Assembly: GCA_016215405.1 (NCBI GenBank)
Contig: JACRJQ010000005.1
Coordinates: 11,560-75,559, forward strand
Reading direction: 5' to 3'
DNA from: Candidatus Tayloriibacteriota bacterium
GTDB taxonomy: Bacteria > Patescibacteriota > Minisyncoccia > Phycocordibacterales > UBA6065
DNA: 64,000 nucleotides
The notes below the pieces were generated by a model that saw only the letters and a list, made by a program, of their open reading frames with translations, made no database searches and was not told where the DNA came from. A program made the position numbers and the translations under genes. Each line of letters starts with the position of its first letter. Position 1 is the first letter of the stretch. Shown here in pieces: positions 63,974-64,000 of the stretch.

Positions 63974-64000
63974 CTCGGACTTGAACTTCTCGATCTCCGT

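Noticed and set aside
1-64000. CRISPR arrays, rRNA genes, transposases/integrases, toxin-antitoxin pairs
   Set aside because: None found. The repeats present are the tRNA-trailing elements and the R1-R3 family, neither with CRISPR-like regular spacing

Overview
This is a GC-rich (~58-60%), gene-dense bacterial chromosomal segment, mostly housekeeping genes with compact operons. Operons show 4-14 nt start/stop overlaps and there are many intrinsic terminators. Shine-Dalgarno motifs are weak or absent, and a recurrent TAnnnT-N6-8-ATG (leaderless-like) start arrangement appears. The gene content (several TrbC/VirB2-like mini-pilins, a LamG-type IV pilin, a sortase, truncated metabolic enzymes) resembles a reduced-genome, possibly CPR/Patescibacteria-like organism, but taxonomy cannot be settled from sequence alone.

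Recognisable genes:
- Cell envelope and division: murJ, ftsB-like, ftsA, ftsZ, lepB, mscL, PrsW-like protease.
- Translation and tRNA: lepA, valS, hisS-like, pth, rpsA, rpsU, ybeY, tsaD, rbfA, infB.
- Nucleotide and DNA: tdk, gyrA, class II ribonucleotide reductase nrdJ adjacent to a cob(I)alamin adenosyltransferase.
- Metabolism: a frameshifted/split phosphomannomutase gene, 2-hydroxyacid dehydrogenase, gpmA and a B-domain-less mini pyruvate kinase.
- Redox and stress: hsp20, trxB, a cold-shock protein, and a thiol-disulfide cluster (NrdH-like glutaredoxin, CcdA, membrane thioredoxin).
- Export and surface: a MacAB-like HlyD/FtsX/ABC exporter followed by a LamG-domain type IV pilin, a sortase with a minimal substrate, an M23 peptidase, an SBP and an SPFH protein.
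- Regulation: two REC-only response regulators.
- A low-GC island carrying a SAM methyltransferase.

RNA genes are ten tRNAs (Gly, Arg, Phe, Val, Ser, Glu, Leu-UAG, Lys, Leu-UAA, Cys), a probable cobalamin riboswitch and an unassigned ~450-nt structured ncRNA candidate between valS and tsaD.

Two things stand out.
1. A riboswitch-controlled B12-capture operon: a DUF4430 protein, a large DUF4430 plus prenyltransferase-like (transcobalamin-like) surface protein, and an ECF-S/BtuM-like permease. It lies next to the B12-dependent nrdJ and adenosyltransferase genes.
2. A recurrent ~160-200 bp element immediately downstream of six of the ten tRNA genes. Each has a terminator, a second GC hairpin, a homologous core and a duplicated copy of that tRNA's 3' end, looking like miniature tRNA-targeted insertion or att relics.

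A separate three-copy intergenic repeat family lies upstream of trxB, lepB and rpsA. No CRISPR arrays, rRNA genes or transposases were seen. Many long antisense ORFs in the six-frame track are GC-driven artefacts.
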